A DNA stretch of 64,000 nucleotides from Laetmonice hystrix (Eukaryota), in contig OZ249436.1 in assembly GCA_965235115.1 (NCBI GenBank), positions 44,146,001 to 44,210,000 on the forward strand. The letters are read 5' to 3'. A program made the position numbers and the translations under genes. This document shows, in pieces, positions 1 to 15,000 of the stretch. The notes under the pieces were generated by a model, which worked only from the letters and a program-made list of their open reading frames with translations, was not told the origin of the DNA and made no database searches. How positions within the stretch are numbered: the first letter of the stretch is position 1; every line of letters begins with the position of its first letter.

Positions 1-25
1 CATTGCCAGAAACTGCTCGGGTTAA
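1..25 (-). CDS. exon B (partial)
   Basis: tttcag acceptor; LTRAVSGN. Confidence 0.7.
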
Positions 26-3000
26 CTGAAACAAAAGTCATATATTTTACTGACAATTCTGAGGAAACTTTATGCATGCTGACCACGTTCTAAACTCAAA
101 CTTTTGAATTTTTTACTTACAGCAGCAAGGTCGATCCGTGACTTGAGAAGAGCGTGCAGGACCTCCGGAGTGGAGGCAAATGTCCTTCTTATGTAGTCAG
201 GGGTGTAGTTAGCTGACACGAACAGGGATTCCAAAGTGACAGAGGAACCTGTATGGAGATATACCAGTGTCATCTACATGCCACCTCAGTAGGCCAGACT
301 TTGGGTGACAGCTCGGCACCCAACAGTAATAGTGTAAATACACGGACTGCATAACCTTCATGCCACCTCAGCAGGCCAGACTTTGGGTGACAGCTCGGCA
401 CCCAACAGTAATATTGTAAATCTATACACGGACTGCATAACCTACATGCCACCTCAGCAGGCCAGACTTTGGGTGACAGCTCGGCACCCAACAGTAATAT
501 TGTAAATCTATTCATGGACTGCATAACCTACATGCCACCTCAGCAGGCCAGACCTTGGGTGACAGCTCGGCACCCAACAGTAATATTGTAAATCTATTCA
601 TGGACTGCATAACCTACATGCCACCTCAGCAGGCCAGACCTTGGGTGACAGCTCGGCACCCAACAGTAATATTGTAAATCTATACACGGACTGCATAACC
701 TACATGCCACCTCAGCAGGCCAGACTTTGGGTGACAGCTCGGCACCCAACAGTAATATTGTAAATCTATACACGGACTGCATAACCTACATGCCACCTCA
801 GCAGGCCAAACCTTGGGTGACAGCTAGGCACCCAACAGTAATATTGTACATCTATACACGGACTGCATAACCTACATGCCACCTCAGCAGGCCAGACCTT
901 GGGTGACAGCTAGGCACCCAACAGTAATCGTGTAAATACACGGACTGCATAACCTACATGCCACCTCAGTAGGCCAGACTTTGGGTGACAGCTAGGCACC
1001 CAACAGTAATATTGTAAATACACGGACTGCATAACCTACATAGCATTATCCTAAAGAGAAAACATTGTAGGTGCTAACATAATTCTTGCAGGCTTGCTCT
1101 ATTTGATTTTTTCTCCACTTACCTTCAATTTTCTGTAACCGTCCACTCATGGCGTCCATGATGTTACGACCTATCTTTAAAAAGCGTTCCATACTCTGCC
1201 ATGACGACGTATTACTAAACATTGGCGCGAACGATGCCAGAAGTTCAGCCGACCTGGGGTGAGATTAAACGTAATCGTTGACGGTCGAAGTTGTGGAAAT
1301 CAGTGATATTTTAAAAAAAAAAGTCCGCTACATGGGCAAGTTTCAATCACATTTCGCGTGTTTCGTTTCATTTAAAAAAAAACCCATTTAATTCATGAGC
1401 CGTAAAATGATTGCAAATAACCATATTTGAAATCGAGATATAATCAAAAAGACAAAATATACACACAAAGTGTACACTCACATTTGAGGGTTCTCGTTTG
1501 CCATCAGGGATTGCCAGATCCTCGGTTCGCTGACTTGTGAGATATTAAATATGGCAGCCACGTCCCGACCCAGTATGTCAACTCTGCTGACATTGAAGGT
1601 GCGGAGTACGTTCTGAATGAGTTTATCATAGCTGGCCATGAATGTCGCTAAGTCGAGTTTCCCTGTGGTGACGGCGCTTCGGATCATCTAGAAACAAATA
1701 CAGCATCTCTCGTAAAAAAACATTGGTCACGGCGCTTCGGATCACCTAGAAACAAATACAGCACCTCTCGTAAAAAAACATTGGTCACGGCGCTTCGGAT
1801 CATCTAGAAACAAATACAGCATCTCTCGTAAAAAAAACATTGGTCACGGCGCTTCGGATCATCTAGAAACAAATACAGCATCTCTCGTAAAAAAACATTG
1901 GTCACGGCGCTTCGGATCATCTAGAAACAAATACATGTACAGCATCTCTCGTAAAAAAAAAAAGGTCACGGCGCTTCGGATCATCTAGAAACAAATACAG
2001 CATCTCTCGTAAAAAAAAACATTGGCCACGGCGCTTCGGATCATCTAGAAACAAATACAGCATCTCTCGTAAAAAAAAACATTGGTCACGGCGCTTTGGA
2101 TCATCTAGAAACAAATACAGCATCTCTCGTAAAAAAAACATTGGTCACGGCGCTTCGGATCATCTAGAAACAAATACAGCATCTCTCGTAAAAAAAACAT
2201 TGGTCACGGCGCTTCGGATCATCTAGAAACAAATACATGTACAGCATCTCTCGTAAAAAAAAAAATGGTCACGGCGCTTCGGATCAGCTAGAAACAAATA
2301 CAGCATCTCTCGTAAAAAAAAACATTGGCCACAGCGCTTCGGATCATCTAGAAACAAATACAGCATCTCTCGTAAAAAAAACATTGGTCACGGCGCTTCG
2401 GATCATCTAGAAACAAATACAGCATCTCTCGTAAAAAAAACATTGGTCACGGCGCTTCGGATCATCTAGAAACAAATACATGTACAGCATCTCTCGTAAA
2501 AAAAAAATGGTCACGGCGCTTCGGATCATCTAGAAACAAATACAGCATCTCTCGTAAAAAAAACATTGGCCACGGCGCTTCGGATCATCTAGAAACAAAT
2601 ACAGCATCTCTCGTAAAAAAAAAACATTGGTCACGGCGCTTCGGATCATCTAGGAACAAATACAGCATCTCTCGTAAAAAAACATTGGTCACGGCGCTTC
2701 GGATCATTTAGAAACAAATACAGCATCTCTCTAAAAACATTGGTCTCAGAGCTTCGTATAATATACAACCAACTACAGCATCTCCATCAAACCCTTCACT
2801 GCATTCGGACGTTTGGGTCATTATAAGGCAGTAATAATTCATAGTTTGGGTCATTATAAGGCAGTAATAATTCATAGTTTGGGTCATTATAAGGCAGTAA
2901 TAACTCAAAGTTTGGGTCATTATAAGGCAGTAATAATTCATAGTTTGGGTCATTATAAGGCAGTAATAATTCATAGTTTGGGTCATTATAAGGCAGTAAT

Positions 3001-6000
3001 AATTCATAGTTTGGGTCATTATAAGGCAGTAATAATTCATAGTTTCGGTCATTATAAGGCAGTAATAATAAATAGTTTGGGTCATTATAAGGCAGTAATA
3101 ATAAATAGTTTGGGTCATTATAAGGCAGTAATAATTCATAGTTTGGGTCATTATAAGGCAGTAATAATTCATAGTTTGGGTCATTATAAGGCAGTAATAA
3201 TTCATAGTTTGGGTCATTATAAGGCAGTAATAATTCATAGTTTGGGTCATTATAAGGCAGTAATAATTCATAGTTTGGGTCATTATAAGGCAGTAATAAT
3301 TCATAGTTTGGGTCATTATAAGGCAGTAATAATTCATAGTTTGGGTCATTATAAGGCAGTAATAATTCATAGTTTGGGTCATTATAAGGCAGTAATAATA
3401 AATAGTTTTCCTGAAACAATGACCGGATTTAAAACTGGTACGAACTCTTGTCATCAGAGTGGAGATGCCGAAAGCATCAGTGAGTTCTTCCACGAGCTCC
3501 ATGTCTGTGAGGTTACAAAGGGCCTTCCTAAGGTTGGATTCGTCCACGGAGGCCGGAAGTACAAAGAAATAGTCGGCCTTCTTCCGGTCACAGAACAACA
3601 TCATGATATCCGTGACGTTCATTGTTACCAGTTCGTTCAGCTGAAAAATATGAGTAAGACGTATCTCATTTTTACTGTCATTTGCCCGTGCAAAAATAGA
3701 AATGAATTTACACCCCCAAATTTTAAAATGTAGTCTACCGAAAATTGGGAATATAATAGTCGTATACTTTTTTCACAAATAACTTTACGAATTTTCTTCA
3801 AATAAGCTATGATAACAAGTTTCCAATATGATACGATATAGGAACATGTACGCGAAGGTTGGGCTGTGTACCTTATTTGATCTAACCGATGTGTCCAAAA
3901 GTGTATTCATGAAGTTAGGTTCGGATTCAGCGATGAGTCGCAAATGGTTGAGAAGTCTTTCCGAGTCTTCGAACAAGTCTCCCAAGTGAAGAGTGTTCCT
4001 GGAGGACGACATCTTGCCCAAGAGATCACTGATGTAGTTCATGTAGATGTGGAGTAGTTTCATCTGGTCATCCCAGGGCTCCAGGTTCCCCAGGCCGTAC
4101 ACTGTTTCTACCAGAGCTCTCATCGTGCTGAGAGTATCCAAGGTCAGAACCGAAGGGTCAGCTGCAGTGGCCATCGACCAGAACCTTTTGGTAACATCCT
4201 GCAAGTTTCTCCAGGATGACTGACTCAAACCGGTGCCGTTCATTCTTTCAATGATTTGTATTAACCTCTCGGAATCCATCATCAGTTCCGTCAGGTTCAG
4301 GCCCATTAATGATTGTGTGTTCATGACGTCACTCAGCCTCGATTTCAGTTCTGACATGTCTTGTATAGCACTCAAGTTACGCTGGAGCGCTTGCGAGTCG
4401 AGTCGACAGATTGCGTCGTGAACGTCCCACACACTGACCTTGGGCGGTATTTTGAACACTAATCCAATGTGTTTAGCGCTGTTATTACAAATGTAATCAA
4501 AAATATTGTCTGAAGACAACATGATACTTAGAAGTTTTGGTTCTACAATCGGGGCGGTGAGCATCCAGGAGAGTGTTTTCGGCTGACTATTTATGACGTC
4601 ATAAAACAGCTGACGTAACTCTGGGCTGCCAGTCAGCAGGCTCTCCAGCGTTACGTTCCCCATTCTTGGCGTCTCAAGTTCTGACGTTATATACTTCTGG
4701 AATATATCTGTTGCTGTGTACATAACATGAAGCGCATCATCGTCTTCAAGAAAATAGCCCAGTAAAGCGAGATTCTGTTTGTACCTAGAAACAAACAAGA
4801 TGCATCAAATCACATGTTATGTTTTAAATGCAATAACTCAATTATTACCTCGTACCTTTGAAAATCGCATAGCGAAATTACGAACGAATTACCTCTGGAC
4901 AAACAGCGCGAAATTGCAATCGTAACTGGGCGGCAGGAAGGTTGCGAAATACTACATCTCTGCCACCAGCAAGTAATACGACGTGGTCGCTTTGTGAAAG
5001 ATCATATTCAAAATGTCAGCAGAGCTTACCTAGACAGTGTGCTGACTGGATCCATTTGTGACCTCGCCCATGATTCCAACAACGTCTGCCACATTGTGAC
5101 GTCAGACCAGCGTCCTGCCATTTCTATTTTGGCACCATTCACTCCAAGCCACGTGATAATCTCTGCCATTTGGGCGTAGTTGGCATTCAGTGCTACCCAG
5201 TCAACTGCCGCGCGGTTCCCCAACTATGACAGAAATTATTCCAACAATTATGTAAACTGAACCCAACTGAACGAAGAAGAAAAGAACTACGACAAATAGC
5301 TGAACGCCTTTAAAGACTTTTTTCCACGTTGTATTAAAAGTTAGGGGATCAACTCCTTGATTGATGAACGCTCACCTGCGCATTTAGATGCGAAATTTGA
5401 AATTCTTGGTCAATCTCTTTTGCAAGACGATCGAAGTCTAGCTCGGCTAGAGACCTTCGTATTGACGACATATCAATCGGCAGGTCTTTTGGTACTGGGA
5501 AGTAGCGCTCAAACTCGGAATCACTCTTACTGATACGGTCCCAAGTCTCAGACCAGTTTCCGCCACCTAGAAAGTTTTGGATCTGAAAAGGAAACCTTTC
5601 GGCTATTATCTTGTGTTAAACATCTGTTCCCAGGGAGCTCAGGGGATAGAAACAACCACCTCTTGGAGGTTTCATAGAATAACTAAACTCGCTGTTAGCC
5701 ACACAGTGAAATATGACCCTTCACTATGAAGATTCGTTTTGTGTCCGTAAAATTTCTTTTAGTAAAAATAAACTAATATTTTGAAAATCACATATCAAAA
5801 TTACGAGATTAATGTCCTCTCCACATTGCAGTCACGTGTGCATGTCTCCATGTCTTGAGGAACATGGAGACATGAGGGGTGGCCATGGACTATCTCACTT
5901 AGTCATCACGTTGACAGTTGGAAAAATGAATGGCGAACACCCCTAAATGACGCTGGGTTCGTTGGTCCAGTTGAATATATTTGGATCTTGGACTCGTCCG

Positions 6001-9000
6001 AGTGGCCCCGACCGGCCATAGAAAGTCAAGACTAAGCAGGCAGGGGGCACAATGCGCGTTGACCAAGTAATCCCTACAGCGTAATGGCAGCGGTTGATGA
6101 GTGTTTGCATTATGCACTTGAAAACTGTCCGATAACCAAAGGAAAGTCGCGGCAGTTAAACCAAAACAGAGAGAAACACGCTCAACTCGGAAATCGCTTA
6201 TGCCTCCATTCGTCCCATCGTCGGCCACCAACACTCGCTGACTCAGACTCAGTCACAGCTACCGACAGCGGCAACACCCGTGGGCCGCTGCCAGTGCTAC
6301 TGCTAGCGCGAAGCGCTCGGTAACTGGTGAGGCAGTCTAGGCGAGATACAAATTAAGGAGGACGTTATTTCACATAACTCTGATCACCGTCCCTTCCGTG
6401 AACACCCACTAGAATTTTTTTTATAGCGACAAAGGCCAAGATAGCAGCTGTGGAAAGCACATGGGTTTGTTTTGTTGTGTGACTACTTTCAAAAATGCCG
6501 ACCTGACCATTACGGCCGAGACATGATTCTGCCATTTGTCGAGGTAGAGCCGAGTGTGGTGTGACCACCACCTTTTCATGGTGGTGCCAATGATCAACCT
6601 TGACTGCTAAGGGGTGGTCAATGTACGCTTCTCAGTCGGCTGAGATTAAAGCGACATGTCGCCTCGTGACGCCAGGTGGACCAAGACAAGAGGGTGTCAA
6701 CCCCAGTGTTGAGGTTGATGAGGTGTACAAGTGAGTGGCGGTATTGGTAGACAGCCGAGGCGAACCGAAGCTGTCTACCAATACCGACACGAGCGATCCC
6801 AATACAGGTTGCCACCACTTCTGTGGTGGTGGTCGTCGTTGGTACTCGCCCGTGTCCACTCAATATGGCTCTTGATAATCGCACTCGCTCGTACAGCTGG
6901 TGACTAAGTTTAGACGCTCGACTGTTCTGCCTGTTGTATTGCCCCCCACTGTCGTGCAAGGAGATGCACATGTATGAAGATTGGTTGAAACATTGTGCAG
7001 AGCCGTCAGGTCCCTGTGGACTATAACATTCACCATCAGGGGCGGAGCTAAGTATGTGCTTTCTTTAGGCTTTCCAAAACAGCCGTTCTCAGGGGCGGAT
7101 CCAGGATTTTAGAAAAGGGGGGCCGGTTGGAATTAAAGGGGGCCGAGCCCTGCTAGGGGGGTCCGGAGGCATGCCCCCGGACAATTTTGAACATCTAGAG
7201 TCTCTGAAATGGCACTTCCTGCATTTTGAGAAAGCAAAATGTTTGCTTTTACAGTTGCAAACAACAAAATTTTGCCTTTTTTTCTGATTGGTACCCTGAC
7301 GAAAGGGGGGCCGCGGCCCCCTCGCCCCCCTCCCTAATTTCCGCCCCTGGTTCTTAACGTACGCCGAAACTGCATACTGGAATTAAATGTATTGAAAAAA
7401 ACGAGAGAAGTATGGGGCCCATTAAAAGGTACGCCCCCCCCCCCCTTTATTTCCGGACCACTGGAGGGGGGACTTTGTACAGCTAACTTAACACCTTTGA
7501 TTTGTGTCCCAGATGCCAGGAAAACGTATATTTGGCACTATAATTTTCATTTTTTTTTCTGGGGGAGGACCCTCCTGCTGAATACTTTGGTGCTCGCATG
7601 GTGGATTACTTCTTATTCCGGTCATACCAAACAAACATTATTCAGTATCATTCAACCAATATCCACTGTTTAAGTTGTATTTGGTGCACTCTTTAAGTTT
7701 TGTGTTCGTAACTTTTTTAATTCGTAACTTACCCAGGTTGACATCTCATTACCATAGGGCAGAAGGTGTAGAATTTCTGGGTTCGTATCGATGAGGTGTG
7801 CCAGTTTCCTGAGTTCAGTTGTGTTGGGGAACAACTGATTCAACTGGAGTTGTGTCACTGCAAGAATCCAACCAACAGAACTGTACTCTAACATGACCAC
7901 CACTGGATCCATAGCAATGTCTTCTGTCACACAGGAATTAGTCAATACTTTGCAATTTTCTCATTTTCTCATATTCTACAGACCATGTCACTACAAGGAG
8001 CCTACCATTGACAAGTGGAGTCAATCGCTGAATCAGCATCTCCATTAACGCATTGACGTAGTGGATCCGGCCAAGATTCCCTGTAGAGTTCAACAGTGGT
8101 TCGAGAGACTGTAAGGATCCGAGAGATCTGAAAACCGGATTGAACATTGTGTATCATTAAATGTTCATGAGACTACATTGACGTAGTGGATCCGTCCTAG
8201 ACTTCCTGTAGAGTTCAACAGTGGTTCGAGAGACTGTAAGGATCCAAGCGATCTGAAAACCGGGTTGAACATTGTGTATCATTAAATGTTCATAAGACTA
8301 CATTTTCGTTCATTTAACACACCATCGCTCCCATGCACAACCATAAAGCATTAATCTAATTAAAGAACCCGCCATTACCTGCTCCAAAGCAATAAGACCA
8401 TATTCCAAATGTCAGCAGAGCTTACCTAGAAAGAGTGATGACTGGATCCATTTGTGACCTCGCCCACGAGTCAAACAACGTCTGCCACATTGTGACGTCA
8501 GACCAACGTCCTGCCACTTCTATTTTGGCGCCCTTTTCTCCGATCCATGTGAAGATCTCTGACAATCGGACGTAGTTGGTATACAGTGTCGTCCAGTTGA
8601 TTGCAGAACGGTTGCCCAACTTAAATAGAAATCAGTCCAAAATTAGACCAAAGTAAACGCAACTGAAAAAAAATAGAGTCAACGACCATAGTTAAAATCA
8701 CGAAATACTTCGATTCAACGTTGCTTTAAAAGTTAATCGTTTTTTCACTCACCTGGATATTTTGAAGAGAAATTTGAAATTCTTGGTCAATCTCTTTTGC
8801 AAGGCGATCGAAATCGAGCTTGGCCAGAGACCTTCGTATTGACGACATATCAATTGGCAGGTGTTTTGGTACTGGGAAGTAGCGCTCAAACTCGGAATCA
8901 CTCTTACTGATACGGTCCCAAGTCTGAGCCAAATTTCCACCAGCTATAAAGTTCGGGATCTGCAAATTAAACGCTTAGGTCATTTGCTAAGCCCGCTGTG

Positions 9001-12000
9001 CTCGTTGGTATCCAAAAGTAGAAAGTGACCCATCCCTTCCCAGAGGTGTAGGCAGAAATGAGATAACGGGGGTTTCCAACAGAGATAGGAGTCCAACCAT
9101 AATATTAGTCATTCATTAATTTAGTTATTTAATTATCTATTACTTTTTTTATTATTGATCAATACACTGTTCAATGTTTACCCAGTGCCCTATTTAAGTT
9201 GTGTGTGAAGGTTTTTTGTTTGTTTGTAACTTACCCAGTTTGAGATCTCACTAATATAGGGAATGAGGTGTAAGATTTCCGGGTTTGTGTCGATGAGGTG
9301 GGCCACTTTCTGTAGTTCAGTTGTGTTAGGAAACAACTGATTCAAATAAATGTGTGTCTCTGCAAGAAATAGAATCTACTGTAATCAATAAAATCACCGT
9401 GAATGTGACAATGTCGTTTCTACCAAACATCTTACAGAAGTACCGTATACACTTCTCTGCAAGAAACAGGATCTACTGTAATCATACTATCACCGGGAAT
9501 GTGACCATGTCGTTTCTACCACACATCTTACAGAAGTACCGTATACACTTCTCTGCAAGAAACAGGATCTACTGTAATCATACTATCACCGGGAATGTGA
9601 CCATGTCGTTTCTACCACACATCTTACAGAAGTACCGTATACACTTCTCTGCAAGAAACAGGATCTACTGTAATCATACTATCACCGGGAATGTGACCAT
9701 GTCGTTTCTACCACACATCTTACAGAAGTACGGTATACACTTCGCCATTGCCTCAAGGCCTCATATATTGTAAGTTATGGAAACCTTTAGCCTACCATTC
9801 ATAATCGGGGTTAGTCGACGAAGTGTCATATCAACTATCGCATTGATATAGAGAACTTGTTGAAGTGCCCCTGTAGAGTTCAATAGTGGTTCTAGAGACT
9901 GCAAGGATCCAAGGTAGCTGAAATATCAAGTTTCAATACGTTTAGCGCACCACCTTTTATGACCTACTGCCGATGTAATAACTGACTGCGCACCACCTTT
10001 TATGACCTACAGTCGATGTAATAACTGACTGCGCACCACCTTTTATGACCTACTCTCGATGTAATAACTGACTGCGCACCACCTTTTATGACCTACTGTC
10101 GATGTAATAACTGACTGCGCACCACCTTTTATGACCTACTGTCGATGAAATAACTGACTGTGCACCACCTTTTATGACCTACTGTCGATGTAATAACTGA
10201 CTGCGCACCACCTTTTATGACCGACTGTTGATGCAATAACTGACTGCGCACCATCTTTTATGACCTACTGTCGATGTAATAACTGACTGCGCACCACCTT
10301 TTATGACCTACTCTCTATGTAATAACTGACTGCGCACCACCTTTTATGACCTACTCTCTATGTAATAACTGACTGCGCACCACCTTTTATGACCTACTCT
10401 CTATGTAATAACTGACTGCGCACCACCTTTTATGACCTACTGTCGATGTAATAACTGACTGCGCACCACCTTTTATGACCTACTGTCGATGTAATAACTG
10501 ACTGCGCACCACCTTTTATGACCTACTGTCGATGTAATAACTGACTGCGCACCACCTTCTATGACCTACTCTCTATGTAATAACTGACTGCGCACCACCT
10601 TTTATGACCTATTGTCGATGTAATAACTGATTATCTTTATTCAATCATTTAAACACAGTCGCCGATTGATCTGCAAGCCTGGGAAGGAAGGGTTGAGGCA
10701 ATGAATGTCCGTTTACTGTACAAAGGCATCAATTTCTTCTACACGTCAACATGAAAAGCAAACATAGACAAACTTTCACGCTCATATTGAATTGGAAAGG
10801 CAACAATATCCAACCTGCTATAATCCATGACTGCGCCCTCCAGGGACTGATTTGAAAGGCCATTCATCAGAGCTTCAGCTACCTTCTGCCAGGTGGCAGC
10901 ACGTGCCCAGCGCCAGTATTTGGCCGTGTTATTGCCAGTCGGTGTGACGGAGATTTCTGCGATCAATTTCTGGTTTTCTTCCACCAGTTTCAACAGTGAC
11001 GTTAGGTTAGCGGTCGATCTTCCATTGGTATCCATCTAAAGAATCGTCGCAATGAGCAAATCATGAATCAGTTCAACAAGGAAAATATAATAAGTGATTT
11101 CTATATGTGCAAGAAAAACTCTCATCTTGTCTTGTGGCATCCGGTGAAAACCCTATTTGTATGCATTCAGGTATTATAAAAGGACAAAGAAATAATTAAC
11201 ATTGCCAGTAGGTATATCTCATCAATTCTACCCTACCTCTTAAGGAATGACCCCCGTATTGCCCTATATTATGACTTTATACTGTACAATCTATGTGATC
11301 AGCAAAGTACACATTTCCAGCTATCGCTTGTATTAGCATTAATGTCATTCTATTCATTCTAACACACCAAGGCTAAGAATGTTATCAATAATATTAAATC
11401 CTACCACGGCCAGGCCTGGTACGAGTGTACTCATCTCCTCGTAGATCTGAGTCCAGTTGACGGCACACAGTCTCTGGACGGCCGGGGGGAATCCTTGGTT
11501 CGGCAGACAGACCACAGCCGGATTGGTAACAATCTCAGACACGACCGACTGAATCTAGACAGAACCAGGGAGAAACACGACCACCGTTTAATATCACGTG
11601 TCTGGGTCATGATTAGAGAATGTGGAACCATAGGATCCCAAGGCTTAACTTTGTTCTTCCCCCAATGGGAGAGGATGTCAGAGGCAAGGCTGAGGGTGAG
11701 AATGTGGAACCATAGGCCCCCAAAGCTTAACTTTGTTCTTCCCCCAATGGGAGAGGATGTCAGAGGCAAGGCTGAGGGTGAGAATGTGGAACCATACTAA
11801 ACATACATAACCATAAACTTAGGTTTAAGGTTAGTAATGGCGACTGATTTCCACTTTTTACCACAACATTTCGTGTGTATGTAACCATGATGATTTACTC
11901 TTATTGTAAACCAAAACGGAAAGTGAGTCCTTGTCGCTTGTATTAATGGAAACGCCGGTTAATGAAAACTTTCTAACAGTAATTTGTAGCGACATTACTG

Positions 12001-15000
12001 GGATTCAAACCATAAAGGATAGGATTACCTTCTGTGGGGTTTGGATGGAGAGACGGGCCAGATAATGTACGACCTCAGGAAGGTCGTTCATCATCTCCAA
12101 AACTTTCTGTGTCTCAGTCAGACCGGACAGGGTGGCCATGGGATCTAGAGAATATCAAATGACCTTTATTATAACATTTACATCAATCTATGTAAAATAT
12201 TACAGAACATAAACAAGACAAAATTAACGAGCACAACATGGCGTTCTCACCCTGGATATATTGATGGACATTCTGCAGGACGTTGGTGAGCGTTTTGCCT
12301 GCGTCAATCACGGCCAACAATTCAGGACCTAGCTCACCGTTAGGAAGGAATGCTCCAATTGTTGGCAGGTACTGGCTCATGATCTGCTGAAAGCTGAAAC
12401 CGCAACTGGACAGTCACCCTGGGAATCTAGGATCATTGTAACTTAATTGTACGACGAAGATTTCTATCATGAATTCAAGCAAATCTTTCCAGGAAAGTCA
12501 CTTGCTATGGGTCATCATCCATTACCCATCTATTCACCTGATTTGCTGGTCTTGTGTTGAGGGTACCGAACCCTGTAACCTCGTGAGGATACGAAGCCAT
12601 ACATCAGTATCCAACCAGTCGTATTCTAGTTTAAATGTTGGCGTTTCTGTCATCATGACGTCATACATCTCTTGGATATACGATAGTAACTCAGTTAGAT
12701 TGGCCTTTTCGTTCTTGTTGTTTGTTGTTGTCTGAAAGGCAGTCAGTATAATGAGTAAAATAGAGTTCCGATAGATCGATCTATCCCACATTTGCTCATT
12801 CGATGTTCCTAGGGACTAAAACTATGACATTAGCTCACAAGTATCTTTCCCTGTGAACTGGAATACTGACCATATTAGGTAACGGCCAAAGTCCTCCAGT
12901 TAGACCCTTCATCAATGACGTCACATTGACCTTACAAAGCGATTGGCGCGCCCTCTCGAATGCGACGTTCAAATTGGCGGGAATCGTAAAAATGTCGTCT
13001 GCCCGCTGCTTGCACAGGGCAGTATAGTTGCCGCCAGTAATATGCACAATCTGAAACATACAACAGGGCAGTATAGTTGCCGCCAGTAATACGCACAATC
13101 TGAAACATACAACAGGGCAGTATAGTCGCCGCCAGTAACACGCACAATCTGAAACATACAAAAGGGCAGTATAGTTGCCGCCAGTACCACGCACAATCTG
13201 AAACATACAACAGGGCAGTATAGTTGCCGCCAGTAACACGCACAATCTGAAACATACAACAGGGCAGTATAGTTGCCGCCAGTAACACGCACAATCTGAA
13301 ACATACAACAGGGCAGTATAGTCGCCGCCAGTAACACGCACAATCTGAAACATACAAAAGGGCAGTATAGTTGCCGCCAGTAACACGCACAATCTGAAAC
13401 ATACAACAGGGCAGTATAGTTGCCGCCAGTAACACGCACAATCTGAAACATACAACAGGGCAGTATAGTTGCCGCCAGTAACACGCACAATCTGAAACAT
13501 ACGTCGGGGCACAACTCTGAATTCTTATCTTATGCTAACCTGTTACAGTATCCAAGCCTATTGCCAACTGATTGCATATTTGCAATTCTTTCAAGAACAT
13601 ATATCGGTTCCTTTACCTGGCTTGAATCGGTGGCAGCTGTAGTCAGAATGACCTCTAGCAGAGCCGGAAGGTCAGGAATTACATTCACAAATCGCATCAT
13701 CTCTGGCTGCTCCTTGAAGAGATCCTCCAATGTAGCGTTCTTTCCTGTATCAGTAAAATTGATGAAATTTAAAGTGTGCATCCTAGAATAGTGATTTCTC
13801 ATGGAGGTCGGGCATCAGTTAAAATAAATTGATAGAGAAATATGACTAATATGGATGTACTCACCTCGTAATTCTCTCAGCTTCAAGGTAGTCATCTTGA
13901 CAATCGGCATGGCCATGTAAACAAGTTGGTCCAGTTCTGGCGAGGACATCGCAGCCATAGGAACCCACTCATCAATGCTGATAGGAACCCTACATGAGGA
14001 CAAAATAGATTTTCTCAATATCACATATCTCAATACTGTATGTTCTATTATAAAACTGAGAAACGCTTAATTTGTTGTTCTGGATTTTTCCTCCGCAACC
14101 TCCATAAAAACCTACGCGTTGGTCACATATTGATCCATGACCTTCGCCACTATTCTGTCAAGGACATCCTGCCAAACTTCCGGTTTAAGCCAGCTCTCAT
14201 CAATGTGCAGTGGGTTCTGTAGGCGGGCGATGACGTCATAGAACTGTTGGCCGCTAGATGTCAGGCTGGTCAGGTTGGTCAGTTTCGATGTATTGACCGT
14301 AAACTGGAGTAGGACAAAGAAATACAAGTTAAAAGCGTCAAATAAAACCTGATTCTAGACATGAGAAACCCACAGGGCCTGAGAATATTCCTACTTTTTT
14401 AGGTAAAACAAATCAACTTACAACGTGCATGAATCGTTGCAAGTCGATGGCGTCTCCGAGCTCGTCTGACACAGCAGTGAAGTTAGTGTCACAGAGAGTG
14501 GCCACAGCTGTGTTAAAGTCAGCCGTCAAGTTTTCAGGAACCGTAAACATCTGCAGGGCTTGGGTCGTACAGAACGCCTCCAGGTCACCAGTGGCGAGCG
14601 TCGAGATAGGCCATTCACCATTATCAATAAACGTATGGAAGGATACGTCCAGGAGAACAGGAAGTTTACTCAGAACCGAGGCTAACTTAGCCGTCTCGGG
14701 GCGCCCCCTGGTGAGCGTTTCCATGGTGATGTTGTTGGAGATGAGAGGCAGGAGAATTTGGTTTACTGCCGTCATGAAGGCGTTAATTCGGACCAGGACT
14801 GGGTCAACAGACGTTTGTGACGTCATGGAGGACGTCAGACGGTCAACGCTGGGCAAGAGACGCTGGAGGGTCGGGCCAAGGCTAAATAATAAACAAACAA
14901 ATAAATTAAAGAAAGCAACTGAAGAATGTGAGATGGACAAAATCTTTCATAGTTCCTACCTTGCTTGAAGTATCAGTGCTAGTGAACGGGTGGAACTCAC

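Noticed and set aside
2708..3733. Repeat ORFs on both strands (YYCLIMTQTMN, LGHYKAVIIHS)
   Set aside because: 33-bp tandem unit open in several frames; the real exon ends at a GT donor at 3446.
14429..14968. Plus-strand ORFs overlapping exons (also 21112-21531, 33234-33611, 52529-52783)
   Set aside because: Antisense shadows of minus-strand exons; no coherent plus-strand splice pattern.
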